Shown: positions 9,343-19,887 of the stretch, in pieces
Layout of the letters: the number at the start of each line of letters is the position of its first letter
Numbering within the stretch: position 1 is the stretch's first letter
Assembly (NCBI GenBank): GCA_963663165.1
Contig: OY760175.1
Coordinates: forward strand, 32,001 to 96,000
Length of the DNA: 64,000 nt
Source of the DNA: an uncultured Desulfospira sp.
GTDB taxonomy: Bacteria > Desulfobacterota > Desulfobacteria > Desulfobacterales > Desulfobacteraceae
Direction of reading: 5' to 3'
The notes under the pieces: generated by a model
The model's database searches: none
What the model was told of the DNA's origin: nothing
Seen by the model: the letters and a program-made list of their open reading frames with translations, nothing else
Made by a program: the position numbers and the translations under genes

Positions 9343-10965
9343 TCAGAGAATTTTGTTGATTTTGTTTTGAAGCTGATCTGCGGTGAACGGTTTTTTTATA
9401 AAATCCGTCGCCCCTGCCTTTTTTGCAAGCTGCAATTGAGACAGATCGGATTCCGTGGTGACCATGACAATGGGGATGTTATTCATTAAAGCATTTGCCC
9501 TGACTTTCCGGGTTAACTCTATACCCGTCATTACCGGCATGTTCAGGTCTGTTAAGATCAGGTCAAAGGCGTGGTCCTTTTCCAGTATGTCCAATGCCAG
9601 CCGGCCGTTTTCAGCGGCCTTGGACATCATTCCCATATCTGAAGTAACGCTGTGGTAAAACAGCAGCATGGATTTGGAATCATCCACAATGAGTATTTTC
9701 TTTTTGGCCTGATTTGAGAAACCCGATGAAATTTTAACGGCATCAGATTGGGGTCGTTCTCCTCCCATGGATTTAAGTCTGGTGGAAAATGCGCCCATAA
9801 TGCCCGTGTTGTTAGATCTGCCAATGGCATTTATCATTGCCCCGGCAATTGTTTCATCGTCGTAAAGGGCTTCGAACACGTTCAGCGCCTTGGATGCCAC
9901 CACCGCCTGGATTAACCGGGCCCCTTGGTCCCCTTTGTTTTGAATGAGCGCCTTTATTTTTTCCATCACACCCGGATTGATTTGATGATTAAGTGAAGCC
10001 ATCACGGCTATCAACAGGCCAGGGTCCTGTTCTGAAAGAGCCTCGGTAAGGCAGGCAAGGCTCTTTGGTGAGGGAATTTTACCCAAAGCTTCATATACAA
10101 CAAACCGGACATTGGGGTGATCAATGCGTCCCTTGTCAACGGCATCTGCTAAGAATTTTGCGCCGTTATGATCCCCCATATCCCCAAGAAGGCTTGCGGC
10201 CATGATCTGCAAATCCGTATCATCATTTAAGATAAACGGTGCAATAAACGGGATGGTTTCAGGGCCAAGTTTTGTCAGCGCTTCATGAATGATTCGCCTG
10301 GCGATGGGATTGCGGTGATGAATATGTGCTGCCAGAAACGATACGGCCTTGTCCGTGTCGATCACTGCCAGGGCATCAATGGCACTGGCCACGACCATAT
10401 CACATTCTTCATAGCGGTCATCGGCTTCAGATTCCTTGATGATACGGCACAGGGCGTCAATGGACTGAGCATCCTTAAAAATTCCAATGGTTTTAACCGC
10501 TAAGGATGCGATCAGAGAATCATTATGGCCTATATATTGTCGGAATAATTCAAGGGTTTCAGGGGCCTGTATCAGTGACAGCGCTGAAAGAATCTTAAAC
10601 GCTTCACTGTAACGGGGGTGCCCGGAGGTTAATTCAGGTGAAGGGTCTGAGACAAGATCAGAAAAAAGGGTTAGCAAAACCGGGGCGGCCGGCGGACACT
10701 TTTTCTGGCAGCAGACCTGTAAGCTGATGTTCTTTATGGTTATATCGTCAAACAACAGGCCTTTTACAGTTTGCTCTTCATTTTCAAGCAAAAGTGACCT
10801 GAGGCTGTTTTGGGCCACGAACACCGCCGGATCCAATGGGTCGCTCTCTTTGCATAGCTCGAAAAGGTCAGGGATCGCATCATGGACCTTTTTATTTTCA
10901 ATCTCCTGAAGAATTTTAATCTGGTCAATAAAATCCTTTGAGGAAAAATTTTTAAGCTCGTTCAT
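9343..10965 (-). CDS. HEAT-repeat protein with a C-terminal response-regulator receiver domain
   Basis: Helical repeats (e.g. VRFVVYEALGKI); C-terminal ILIVDD...LTDLNMP...KP. Confidence 0.88.
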   Translation of the reverse strand: MNELKNFSSKDFIDQIKILQEIENKKVHDAIPDLFELCKESDPLDPAVFVAQNSLRSLLLENEEQTVKGLLFDDITIKNISLQVCCQKKCPPAAPVLLTLFSDLVSDPSPELTSGHPRYSEAFKILSALSLIQAPETLELFRQYIGHNDSLIASLAVKTIGIFKDAQSIDALCRIIKESEADDRYEECDMVVASAIDALAVIDTDKAVSFLAAHIHHRNPIARRIIHEALTKLGPETIPFIAPFILNDDTDLQIMAASLLGDMGDHNGAKFLADAVDKGRIDHPNVRFVVYEALGKIPSPKSLACLTEALSEQDPGLLIAVMASLNHQINPGVMEKIKALIQNKGDQGARLIQAVVASKALNVFEALYDDETIAGAMINAIGRSNNTGIMGAFSTRLKSMGGERPQSDAVKISSGFSNQAKKKILIVDDSKSMLLFYHSVTSDMGMMSKAAENGRLALDILEKDHAFDLILTDLNMPVMTGIELTRKVRANALMNNIPIVMVTTESDLSQLQLAKKAGATDFIKKPFTADQLQNKINKIL

Positions 10966-11297
10966 CAGGATTTCCTTTCTTGTTCTTTATTTTTCCAGTG
11001 ATGTTCTGCAATATAGAGCTTGAGGCTATCCTGGCCGTTGAGTGACACTTTCCAGATTTTTTGATTATATACTTTTCTGCCGACAAATGGAAGTCAGAAC
11101 AAAAATACCACAGTGCCGCTGCCGCACCAAGTGGACGTTCCACAAAAGATCCGCCCCGTTTAATCGCCTTTTATTCCAATCATTTGTCTGGGTCAGGAGT
11201 CATGGATCATGGATCTCGGATTCGGTTTGGTCTTGACAGATCAACTCTGTTGGACTATCGGAGGGTACCCGGAGGCAAGCTAACGTAAAGGAAAGAT

Positions 11298-12500
11298 ATG
11301 ATGAAAAAAGAGTGGGATTTTGATCAGGTGGTGGACCGCAGCCATACGGCTTCCGTGAAGTGGGCGCCCAAGGTGTTGTCTGCGGTTTTCGGCAAAGGCA
11401 GGGAAAATCTGCTCCCCTTGTGGGTGGCAGACATGGACTTTAAATGCCATCCGGCCATCCGCAAGGCCATGGAAAAACGGCTTGAGCATCAGGTATATGG
11501 CTACAGCCTTATGGACCCGTCTTATCTGCCGGCCCTGGTCTCCTGGTACAAAAGACGGCACCGGTGGGAAATTGATCCCTCCTGGGTGCTGACCACCCCC
11601 GGGGTGGTCCCGGCCATCAACTATATGGTCCAGCGCTTTTCCCTTCCCGGCGACAAGGTGCTGATCCAGACACCGGTATATTATCCCTTTGCCAGGGCCA
11701 TTTTGAACAACGGCCGGCAGGTGCTTGAAAATCCCCTTCAGGTGCAGGAAGGCCGATACCTTATGAATCTTGAAGATTTAGCGCAAAAAGTGAAAGACCC
11801 AAGGGTCAAACTGGCCATCCTGTGCAGCCCCCACAACCCTGTGGGCCGGGTCTGGAAAAAGAAAGAACTGGAAGACTTTGGCCGGATATGCATTGAAAAT
11901 AATGTGCTGGTGGTTTCCGATGAGATCCACTGTGATTTGATCATGCCGGGAAACGAGCATGTCTGTTTCCCCTCCATTTCAAAATCCTTTGCCGACCATT
12001 CCATCACCTGTGTGGCTGCCAGCAAGACCTTTAACTTAGCCGGCCTCCAGCAGTCCAGTATTGTTATTCCCGATTCTTGCCTCCGGCAGGAAATGGTTTG
12101 CCAGATCGAGAATTTAGGCTGTTCCAACGGCATTGGCGGCACCCTTTTCGGGGCTGTTGCTGCGGCTGCCGCTTACAATGAAGCCGAGGCCTGGCTGGAT
12201 GATCTGATCTTATATATTTATGAAAATTATAAGATTTTAAAATCCGTTTTTGAAAAGCAACTTCCCGGGGTAACCGTGCATGACCTTGAGGGGACCTATC
12301 TTTCATGGGTGGATTTCAACGGCCTTGGCCTTGAAGACAGCGAAGTTATACAGCTTTTGGAGGAAAAGGCCGGGGTTGGCCTGGACCATGGATCCTGGTT
12401 CGGTGAAAACGGCAAGGGGTTTGAGCGGTTCAACCTTGCCTGCCCCAGGGCCATATTGGAAAAAGCGGTGAACGCCGTTGTATCCGCCTTTAAAGACTGA
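11298..12500 (+). CDS. patB: PLP-dependent MalY/PatB family cystathionine beta-lyase
   Basis: LPLWVADMDF, CSPHNPVGRVW, SDEIH, SKTFNLAG, RFNLACP. Confidence 0.92.
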   Translation: MMKKEWDFDQVVDRSHTASVKWAPKVLSAVFGKGRENLLPLWVADMDFKCHPAIRKAMEKRLEHQVYGYSLMDPSYLPALVSWYKRRHRWEIDPSWVLTTPGVVPAINYMVQRFSLPGDKVLIQTPVYYPFARAILNNGRQVLENPLQVQEGRYLMNLEDLAQKVKDPRVKLAILCSPHNPVGRVWKKKELEDFGRICIENNVLVVSDEIHCDLIMPGNEHVCFPSISKSFADHSITCVAASKTFNLAGLQQSSIVIPDSCLRQEMVCQIENLGCSNGIGGTLFGAVAAAAAYNEAEAWLDDLILYIYENYKILKSVFEKQLPGVTVHDLEGTYLSWVDFNGLGLEDSEVIQLLEEKAGVGLDHGSWFGENGKGFERFNLACPRAILEKAVNAVVSAFKD

Positions 12501-12523
12501 AGACCCAAACGGCTAAGGCAGGT

Positions 12524-12566
12524 TCCGGTCTCCAGCTGTCCGGTCTCCGGTTCCCAGTTTCCGGCC
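12524..12566. repeat. Degenerate heptamer tandem repeat (about 6 x TCCRGTY) between convergent genes
   Basis: tccggtc tccagct g tccggtc tccggtt cccagtt tccggcc. Confidence 0.6.
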
Positions 12567-12578
12567 TCTCCTAATTTC

Positions 12579-13397
12579 TTATCCCTCCCAGATGGACAGC
12601 AGTTCGGGCAGAAATTTCCCCCCGGGTCCGTCCAGGACAATCCCCCGGTCATGACGGGCGGCAAACTGCCGGAACGGGTTATCTTCCAGGTTAATGTCTA
12701 TAATCACCGCTTCAGGGTTCCGGGCCACCATCATGCCGATCTGCATGGGAAGGTTGGTGGCCCCGGCCGTGCCCACCACCAGGAGAAGGTCCGTGGCCGC
12801 CGCCCATGCCATGGCCGATTCCGCCTTGAACCAGGTCTCGTTGTAACATTCGTCAAACCAGAGGACATGGGGCCGGGCAAGGCCGCCGCAGGCAGGACAG
12901 GTCAGCCGTTCCTTTTCTTCTTCCGAGACGGGCTGGTCTTTTTGCTTGTCGGCCATGCCTTCAGGAAAGGGGAAAAGCTTTGTGGTGCAGTCCCTGGCGC
13001 ACCGGATATAGTGAAGGTTCCCGTGAATCTGAAGGGTCCGCTCAAGGCTGTTGCCGGCCCGCAAATGCAGCCCGTCCACATTCTGGGTGATCAGGCGGAA
13101 CCGGTCCTTGAAAATGCCTTCCATCCGGACAACGGCGTGGTGGCCCCGGTTGGGGTTGGCATTTTTACACACGGTCCACCGGTAAAGGTACCAGGCCCAG
13201 ACCTCCCATGGGTTCCGGGTAAACATGGCATGGGTGGCCATCTGTTCGGGCCGGTACTCTTTTGAGCCCACGGTCCAGTACCCTTCCGGTCCCCGGAAGG
13301 TGGGGATTCCGCTTTCAGCCGAAATCCCGGCCCCGGTTAAAATGGTGATCCGTTTGTTATTGGTCTTAAACGGCTCCAACAGTGCTGCGGTATCCAT
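12579..13397 (-). CDS. cobB: Sir2-family NAD-dependent protein deacylase
   Basis: TGAGISAESGIPTFRG, ITQNVDGLH, HG, Zn-binding cysteines, RPHVLWF. Confidence 0.92.
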   Translation of the reverse strand: MDTAALLEPFKTNNKRITILTGAGISAESGIPTFRGPEGYWTVGSKEYRPEQMATHAMFTRNPWEVWAWYLYRWTVCKNANPNRGHHAVVRMEGIFKDRFRLITQNVDGLHLRAGNSLERTLQIHGNLHYIRCARDCTTKLFPFPEGMADKQKDQPVSEEEKERLTCPACGGLARPHVLWFDECYNETWFKAESAMAWAAATDLLLVVGTAGATNLPMQIGMMVARNPEAVIIDINLEDNPFRQFAARHDRGIVLDGPGGKFLPELLSIWEG

Positions 13398-13644
13398 TTG
13401 CCGGCCCCTTTCTTTTTTTTTGTTTCAATTGGTGGTAATTGATACAATTATGTTTCTCATAGGTTGTATCGATTAAGGGTTTTCTTTGCCCTTACTCTAT
13501 GTCTATATTTTCTTTTTGAAATATAAAATCAATGGGTTGCTAAGGTTTTGAATGTGGCGGCACAAGAGTTGCTATTACAGTTTGTAATGAAGGTATATGA
13601 CATTGGGCTGCAATTGAGTAACCCATTAGAAACAGGAGAATACC

Positions 13645-13998
13645 ATGAAACTTAAAGATATAAAAACAGATTATAACCTGATTAACTCTGTGGACTGGGA
13701 CATGACCCCTGAAGAGGCCATTGCCCTTCACCTGGAATGGGGGCCTTTGCGCGGACAGTCTTATTACAATTCCAGGGACAAGGAGAATGAAACCGTTTAT
13801 TTTGTCATCAACACCTGGAAAAAACGGCCCATCCTGACCCTGGTCAGAAGAAAGGGGTTTGATTCTGAGGAACTGGGCAACTTCAATCTGCCGGAAAATC
13901 TCGAACAGGAATTCATGCAGGGCATCGGAAAATACAAAGGGGTTTATGCGGTGGAAGGCCGGGTCCGGGACTGGGTCAAAAAAGAGCTTGAGGCCTGA
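13645..13998 (+). CDS. DVU0772-family protein
   Basis: DWDMTPEEAIALHLEWG...YFVINTW...LVRR resembles the Desulfovibrio DVU0772 family (recognised from memory). Confidence 0.75.
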   Translation: MKLKDIKTDYNLINSVDWDMTPEEAIALHLEWGPLRGQSYYNSRDKENETVYFVINTWKKRPILTLVRRKGFDSEELGNFNLPENLEQEFMQGIGKYKGVYAVEGRVRDWVKKELEA

Positions 13999-14712
13999 TT
14001 AGGTGATCATCATGGCGCCCATGAGGATCAGAAAACCAAATACCACTTTCAAATAAAGGGTTTTTTTAAAAAACCGGTAGCAGTAGGAGCCCAAAGCTGT
14101 GCCCAATAAAATAAACGGCGCTGAAATCAGAAAGGTTTTGGCAACGGCAAGGGTGGTTAACCCGCTGATCACATGGGCCGCGACCACGAGAAAGGAGGCA
14201 AAACAGAAAAATCCCGAAAGGGTGGCCTTAATCTCGTCTTTGGTCCAGTTGTTCAAGGTGGTGTAGATGATGGCCGGCGGGCCGCCGGCACTGAAGGCCG
14301 CGCCAATAGCCCCGGTTAAAAATCCGGCCACATACCCCCACCGGCGGTGAATGGGTTTGGGGGGGATGGTAAAAAACAGATTGTACCCTCCATAGCCCAT
14401 TAAGAAGATGCCCATCAGGGTCTGGATAATGGTTGAAGGGACGGTTTTTAAAAAGATGACACCGGCTGCGATGCCGGGCAGGGCCCCCAAAAAAAGGGGC
14501 CCTGCTTTTTTGAAGTCAAAAGACTGCCTTAACTGCAATGTCAGATAGGTGGCAATAATAACCCCGCTCAAAGAGCAGAGCGGTACCGCCGTCTTGATGT
14601 CGATGATTAGGGTAAGCAGCGGGATGGCGACCAGGGCAGACCCGAACCCTGAGACCCCCTGGACCCAGCCGGCCGCAAACATGATCAAACAAATGGGTAT
14701 AATTAAGGACAT
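13999..14712 (-). CDS. Sulfite exporter TauE/SafE family membrane protein
   Basis: QGVSGFGSAL and GAAFSAGGPP repeats; multiple TM helices. Confidence 0.85.
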   Translation of the reverse strand: MSLIIPICLIMFAAGWVQGVSGFGSALVAIPLLTLIIDIKTAVPLCSLSGVIIATYLTLQLRQSFDFKKAGPLFLGALPGIAAGVIFLKTVPSTIIQTLMGIFLMGYGGYNLFFTIPPKPIHRRWGYVAGFLTGAIGAAFSAGGPPAIIYTTLNNWTKDEIKATLSGFFCFASFLVVAAHVISGLTTLAVAKTFLISAPFILLGTALGSYCYRFFKKTLYLKVVFGFLILMGAMMIT

Positions 14713-14800
14713 AATTCACAATGGTTCGTTAATATCAGCAGCCTTTGCTTATACACCATGTAATGGCCGGACCATAGAAAAAAAATTAAAAAAATAAGGT

Positions 14801-14820
14801 GCCTTGACCCAGGTCAAGGC
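14801..14820. promoter_or_regulatory. HcpR (Crp/Fnr-type) binding palindrome TTGAC-N4-GTCAA upstream of hcp
   Basis: GCCTTGACC-CA-GGTCAAGGC, perfect 9-bp arms, about 90 bp upstream of the hcp start. Confidence 0.8.
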
Positions 14821-14909
14821 CCTGACACGATTTAACCGGTATACCTGTCCTTGAGGATTGAAAAAAACAAGGGAACGCTTTGATTAACCCAAAGATCAGG
14901 AGAAACATT

Positions 14910-16547
14910 ATGTTTTGTTTTCAATGTCAGGAAGCTTTGCAAAACAAGGGGTGTACGGTAAACGGTGTCTGCGGTAAAAAGGCGGGGACGGCGGGTCTGC
15001 AGGATCTTCTTATCTGGAATCTTAAGGGGATTGCCGTGTTGGCCCGCAAGGCAGGAAGAACAGATATCCCCGAAGGAACCGGTTCTTTTGTGGCCAAGGC
15101 CTTGTTCACCACCATTACCAATGTGAATTTTGACGATGACAGCCTTAAAAATTGGATCAGTCAGGCCATTAAGGTCAAAAAAGACCTTTATGACCGGGTC
15201 AGGGACGGTCTTGGATCCGGCCTTCATGAATCCGCCACCTGGTTTACCGATGACCCGGCCGGTTTTGAACAAAAGGCAAAATCCACAGGGGTCCTTGAAA
15301 CTGAAAATGAAGATGTCCGTTCCCTTCGCGAACTGCTGGTCATCGGGGTTAAGGGGATCTGTGCCTATGCCGATCATGCCGCTGTCCTGGGGGTTCAAAA
15401 AACTGAAATTTATGATTTCATTTTTGAGGCCCTGGCCTCCACGGTGGAGGATCTGCCACTTGAGGAAATGATCGGCCTGGTTCTCAAGGCCGGGCAGGTG
15501 GCCGTTACCGTCATGGCCGCTCTGGATGAGGCCAATACCACGGCATACGGTCATCCGGAGCTCAGCCGTGTCAATATCGGGGTGGGAACCAGTCCCGGGA
15601 TTCTGATTTCCGGCCATGACCTTAAGGATATGGAAGAGCTTCTGGAACAGACCAAAGACACCGGTGTGGATGTCTATACCCATGGGGAAATGCTGCCGGC
15701 CCATTATTATCCGGCGTTTAAAAAGTACCCTCATCTTAAAGGAAACTACGGCGGGTCCTGGTGGCACCAGAATGAGGAATTTGAATCCTTTAACGGCCCC
15801 ATCCTCATGACCACCAACTGTATTATACCCATGAAAAAATCCAACACCTACCGGGACCGGCTGTTTACCACGGGCCAGGTCTCCTATCCCGGGACGGTTC
15901 ATATCCCGGAAAGGCGCGAGGGGAGCGTCAAAGACTTTTCGGCTCTGGTGGCCCTGGCAAAGACCTGCAACGCCCCGGAAGAACTTGAAACCGGTGAGAT
16001 TGTGGGGGGATTTGCCCGAAACCAGGTCCTGGCCCTGGCCGACAAGGTGGTGGATGCGGTCAAATCAGGTGCCATCAAACGGTTCATTGTCATGGCCGGG
16101 TGCGACGGCCGGCAAAAAGACAGAAGTTATTTTACTACAGTGGCCCAGAAGCTTCCCCAAGATACTGTGATTCTCACGGCCGGGTGCGCCAAGTACCGGT
16201 ATAATAAGCTTGATCTTGGGGGTATTGGCGGGATCCCCCGGGTCCTGGATGCGGGCCAGTGCAATGACTGTTACTCCCTTGCCGTGATTGCCTTAAAACT
16301 TAAGGAAGTTTTCGGCCTTGACGACATCAATGAGCTGCCCTTATCTTTTGATATTGCCTGGTACGAGCAAAAGGCGGTGACGGTTCTTCTGGCCCTGCTG
16401 CATCTTGGGGTTAAGGGCATCCGTCTTGGCCCGACCCTGCCGGCGTTTTTGTCCCCGGCCGTGGTCAATGTCCTGGTGGAGAACTTTGATATCAAGGCCA
16501 TTGGCGACCCGGATGCTGACATTGCCGCCATGATGGAAGGATTATAA
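14910..16547 (+). CDS. hcp: Hybrid cluster protein (hydroxylamine/NO reductase)
   Basis: [43 protein letters not shown]. Confidence 0.97.
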   Translation: MFCFQCQEALQNKGCTVNGVCGKKAGTAGLQDLLIWNLKGIAVLARKAGRTDIPEGTGSFVAKALFTTITNVNFDDDSLKNWISQAIKVKKDLYDRVRDGLGSGLHESATWFTDDPAGFEQKAKSTGVLETENEDVRSLRELLVIGVKGICAYADHAAVLGVQKTEIYDFIFEALASTVEDLPLEEMIGLVLKAGQVAVTVMAALDEANTTAYGHPELSRVNIGVGTSPGILISGHDLKDMEELLEQTKDTGVDVYTHGEMLPAHYYPAFKKYPHLKGNYGGSWWHQNEEFESFNGPILMTTNCIIPMKKSNTYRDRLFTTGQVSYPGTVHIPERREGSVKDFSALVALAKTCNAPEELETGEIVGGFARNQVLALADKVVDAVKSGAIKRFIVMAGCDGRQKDRSYFTTVAQKLPQDTVILTAGCAKYRYNKLDLGGIGGIPRVLDAGQCNDCYSLAVIALKLKEVFGLDDINELPLSFDIAWYEQKAVTVLLALLHLGVKGIRLGPTLPAFLSPAVVNVLVENFDIKAIGDPDADIAAMMEGL

Positions 16548-16563
16548 AAAAAAGGAGAATGCC

Positions 16564-17292
16564 ATGAAATGTCCCGGACAAGATACCCAATACTGGAACC
16601 CGGACGCTATCTTTGAAACCAAGTGTCCGGAATGCGGCGGTGCCATGGAATTTTTCAAGGATGACACCACCAGAAGATGCGCCCAATGCGGCAAAAAAAT
16701 GGTGAACCCCAAAATGGATTTTGGATGCGCCTCCTATTGCCAGTTTGCCGAGCATTGCCTGGGAACCCTGCCCGAAGGGGTTTTGGCAAATCGCGACGAC
16801 CTGCTCAAGGACCGGGTGGCCGTGGAGATGAAAAAATATTTTGGCAGAGATTTTAAACGCATCGGCCATGCCGCCAAGGTGGCCGGGTTTGCCGATAAAA
16901 TCGGAAAAGCCCAAGGGGCTGACATGGCTGTGGTCCTCTGTGCGGCCTATCTTCATGATATCGGGATTAAAAATGCCGAGGAAAAATATAACTCGTCGGC
17001 GGCCAAATACCAGGAAATCGAGGGGCCGCCTGTGGCCCGGCAGATCCTTGAAAATTTAGGCGCCAACGAGGTGCTGGTGGAAACGGTCTGCGACATTATC
17101 GGCCACCACCATCACGCAGGACCCAATGAAACCCTTGAGTTCATGTGCCTGTACGATGCGGACATGATCACCAACATGCTGGAGTGCGAGGGGAAAACCC
17201 AGCTGTCCAGTGATGAGTTTACGGCCAAGCTTGACCGGATCCTCATGACCCGGGAAGGGCGCGCCCTGGCCAAAGAGATTCTATTGGCGTAA
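16564..17292 (+). CDS. HD-domain phosphohydrolase with an N-terminal Zn-ribbon
   Basis: KCPGQD..CPECG..CAQCG..CASYC; LHDIG; HHHH; YDAD. Confidence 0.85.
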   Translation: MKCPGQDTQYWNPDAIFETKCPECGGAMEFFKDDTTRRCAQCGKKMVNPKMDFGCASYCQFAEHCLGTLPEGVLANRDDLLKDRVAVEMKKYFGRDFKRIGHAAKVAGFADKIGKAQGADMAVVLCAAYLHDIGIKNAEEKYNSSAAKYQEIEGPPVARQILENLGANEVLVETVCDIIGHHHHAGPNETLEFMCLYDADMITNMLECEGKTQLSSDEFTAKLDRILMTREGRALAKEILLA

Positions 17293-17606
17293 TCGGCCCG
17301 GGAAAAAGGGACTCATCCCCATGAAAAAAGGGGAATTCCCTTTGAACAATACGGTGGAAAATCAGAATACGGGCAATTGGCGCCGGCCTTTTTTTCGCCG
17401 GGTTGATCTTTGAAATTTTGTGGAATTTAGCATAAATCTGTGATTTACTGGACGTCATTTGGGGGGGGAGACTCAAAAAGGAATAAGCGCCTCACATACG
17501 AAGGGAAAAGGGCTTGGCATGGGGGCAGGATCAGGGTTTTGATCAAAGTTGAACACTGAAAAGTGAGATGGCCGCAGATTCCCAAAAAAACAAAAAGGAA
17601 CCATGA

Positions 17607-18236
17607 ATGGAAAAAATAACCAAAACAGCTTGCAGGGTGTTGTTCCTGATGATTTTATTCTGTGTTTCTCCCGCCTTGGCGGAATATGAAATTTTGCTTA
17701 AAAACGGCAGTGTGATCAGAACCGGCTACTACTATGAGGAAGGCGATTTTATTACCTATCAAAAATACGGCGGGTATATAAGCATTCGAAAAAGCAGTGT
17801 GCAGAATCTTTGGGAGGCTCTGCAGGCAGAGCCGTATGAAAAAGTTGTCCCTGATGCCGGCCTGTTTGAGGAATCCGGTGACCGTACCACTCCCCCCCCA
17901 AAAAAAATGGGGGAAGCGGCAGATGGGCGGTATACTGGCAGTTCATCGGAAAGCTCAACCATAAAACAAAAACAATACAAGGTTGACGACGGCTCTTCCA
18001 GTGTTCAGGGAATTCTGCGGTCCCGGAAGGATACCCAATTTGCTGATCCTAAAGCCAATACGGCCGCCAATTATCTTTATGCCGAATATCATCGATTTTT
18101 CAGCATCAAAAAGAATCATTGCGGCAAAAATGATTACAAGTCAAAAGAGCTTTGCAGCGGCGCCGAAGAAGGCCTTCAGGCGATTAAGTATCGGTTGAAG
18201 AAAATGGGGCTGGCCATTCCCCGGGACCCGGATTAA
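17607..18236 (+). CDS. Hypothetical exported protein
   Basis: Signal peptide ending ALA; AAGGA RBS; no family recognised. Confidence 0.7.
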   Translation: MEKITKTACRVLFLMILFCVSPALAEYEILLKNGSVIRTGYYYEEGDFITYQKYGGYISIRKSSVQNLWEALQAEPYEKVVPDAGLFEESGDRTTPPPKKMGEAADGRYTGSSSESSTIKQKQYKVDDGSSSVQGILRSRKDTQFADPKANTAANYLYAEYHRFFSIKKNHCGKNDYKSKELCSGAEEGLQAIKYRLKKMGLAIPRDPD

Positions 18237-18533
18237 GTACAAAATGGGGGGGAACCCCTTTCTGCATAATTTTCGGATGATCCTGAAATCCATGAAACCA
18301 TAGACGTCTTGATAGACGGCTGGTGAAATGTATTGAACCAGACGGTGATGTTGCACGCGGCCAACGACACGGTTTCTGCGCTGAAGGCGCTTTTCGACGG
18401 CCTGGTGGGTTCAGGGGGATAGGCAAAATCATTATAAATATTGCCAATACAGGTCACAATATGTGGTAACTGGATAATTCGCTGGAAATCGTTCGATGTA
18501 GTATCATATGGATACTTTTTGGGTGCTGAAGGA

Positions 18534-18582
18534 TTACAGCCCCTGGGTTTTGCCTATTTTTCAGCATTAGCTGAATAGTTAC
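18534..18582 (+). repeat. 49-bp direct repeat, copy 1 (IS-end-like, ends GCTGAATAGTTAC)
   Basis: About 43/49 identical to 24117-24164. Confidence 0.8.
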
Positions 18583-18613
18583 TAAACTTTTTTATGAAAA
18601 ATGATCGAAATTT

Positions 18614-18647
18614 AAAAAAGCCCCTGAGTAAGAACCTACTCAGGGGC
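18614..18647 (-). terminator. csp terminator
   Basis: GCCCCTGAGTA/TACTCAGGGGC stem followed by T6. Confidence 0.85.
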
Positions 18648-18674
18648 CAAAATGTCACAGGGATAAATGGGATA

Positions 18675-18878
18675 TTAAATCACGGTCACATTTGCAGCTG
18701 CCGGTCCTTTGGGACCCTGTACAATGTCGAATGAAACCTGATCACCTTCATTGAGAGATTTAAAACCAACTGCGTTGATACCTGAATGATGGACAAACAC
18801 GTCGTTGCCACCATCTGCCTGTTCAATAAATCCAAAACCTTTTGACTCGCTAAACCATTTTACAATACCATTTGCCAT
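18675..18878 (-). CDS. cspA: Cold-shock protein
   Basis: GIVKWF..KGFGFI, DVFVH (RNP1/RNP2), [10 protein letters not shown]. Confidence 0.96.
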   Translation of the reverse strand: MANGIVKWFSESKGFGFIEQADGGNDVFVHHSGINAVGFKSLNEGDQVSFDIVQGPKGPAAANVTVI

Positions 18879-19004
18879 GTAGGCGTTCTCCTAAATAAAA
18901 AATAAAAATAAATCGCTTCTAACTTTGGGGTAATCACGGACTTTTTGAGATATACACCTTGGAAAGGAAACTTAAGCACTTCAAGAATAGTGCAATGGGT
19001 ACCC

Positions 19005-19032
19005 ATCATACAGGGAAAAGTGAAGATGTCAA
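19005..19032 (-). promoter_or_regulatory. Sigma70-type promoter of csp (TTGACA-16-TATGAT), implying a 5' UTR of about 120 nt
   Basis: Near-consensus hexamers on the minus strand. Confidence 0.65.
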
Positions 19033-19135
19033 GAACAATAAATTAAATAACTTGAAATTTCTGTGTATTAGTATAAAATTAGTTCTTTATAAATGTAAAG
19101 ATACATTCCCTGACAGAATATTTTCTTTCAGGTAG

Positions 19136-19343
19136 TCCTCGTTGACCTCGTTGTCTGACAAACATCGTACGTTGCCGTTGAAGTTTTTACCGACACTTAA
19201 CCGTGAAAACCGTATGAAGATTTTGTTGGAAACGTTTTTAATGTCTTCTCCAATCTGGTGATCTTTTTATCACCACTTACCTTTTTCACTATATACAAAT
19301 TTATTGATACAGCCCCCGTCAGGTAGGTCCTGCGTCCGGAGGA
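19136..19343 (+). ncRNA. Candidate structured 5' leader RNA of the DEAD-box helicase operon
   Basis: Three nested long-range helices TCCTC/GAGGA, GACCT/AGGTC and CTGAC/GTCAG; internal hairpin GGTGAT/ATCACC. Confidence 0.45.
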
Positions 19344-19366
19344 ACGATCATCAATTAGGAGTATTA

Positions 19367-19847
19367 ATGCGTTTTACCCAGTTTAATTTTCACCCTGACA
19401 TTCTCTCAGGTATTGGTGATGCCGGTTTCATCAATCCTACCCCCATTCAACAACAAAAAATCCCCTCCATTCTTCAGGACAAGGACGTTCTCGGCCTGGC
19501 CCAGACCGGTACCGGAAAGACAGCAGCCTTCGTGTTACCCATTCTCCAGCGCCTGGTCAGTCGGCCTTCAGCCAAACTCAATGCTTTGCCGAGGGCACTG
19601 ATTATGGCACCCACACGGGAACTGGCCGAGCAGATTCATGAAAATATTGAAATGATGGCAATTCATAATTAACTATGATTTGCCCGATACTGTTGAAACC
19701 TATATCCACAGAACCGGTAGAACCGGCAGAGCGGATCAGTTTGGCCAGGCCTATACTTTTGCCGCAGCAGAAGATGGTAAAATGATCGCCATGATTGAAA
19801 AGGCGTTGGGCAAAAAAATGACAGACCAGTCTTTCCTCCCGGTTTAA
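19367..19847 (+). pseudogene. DEAD-box RNA helicase (RhlE-like) with a large internal deletion and frameshift
   Basis: Q motif PTPIQ, AQTGTGKT and PTRELA, then an out-of-frame jump to IINYDLP...[11 protein letters not shown] (motif VI); DEAD and SAT motifs are absent. Confidence 0.9.
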
Positions 19848-19887
19848 TCGACTCGAAAAAGATTACTGCCCCAAAAAAGGAGGAAAC

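Noticed and set aside
18233..18533. Short minus-strand ORFs next to the IS-like end
   Set aside because: No recognisable motif; probably decayed sequence and not assignable
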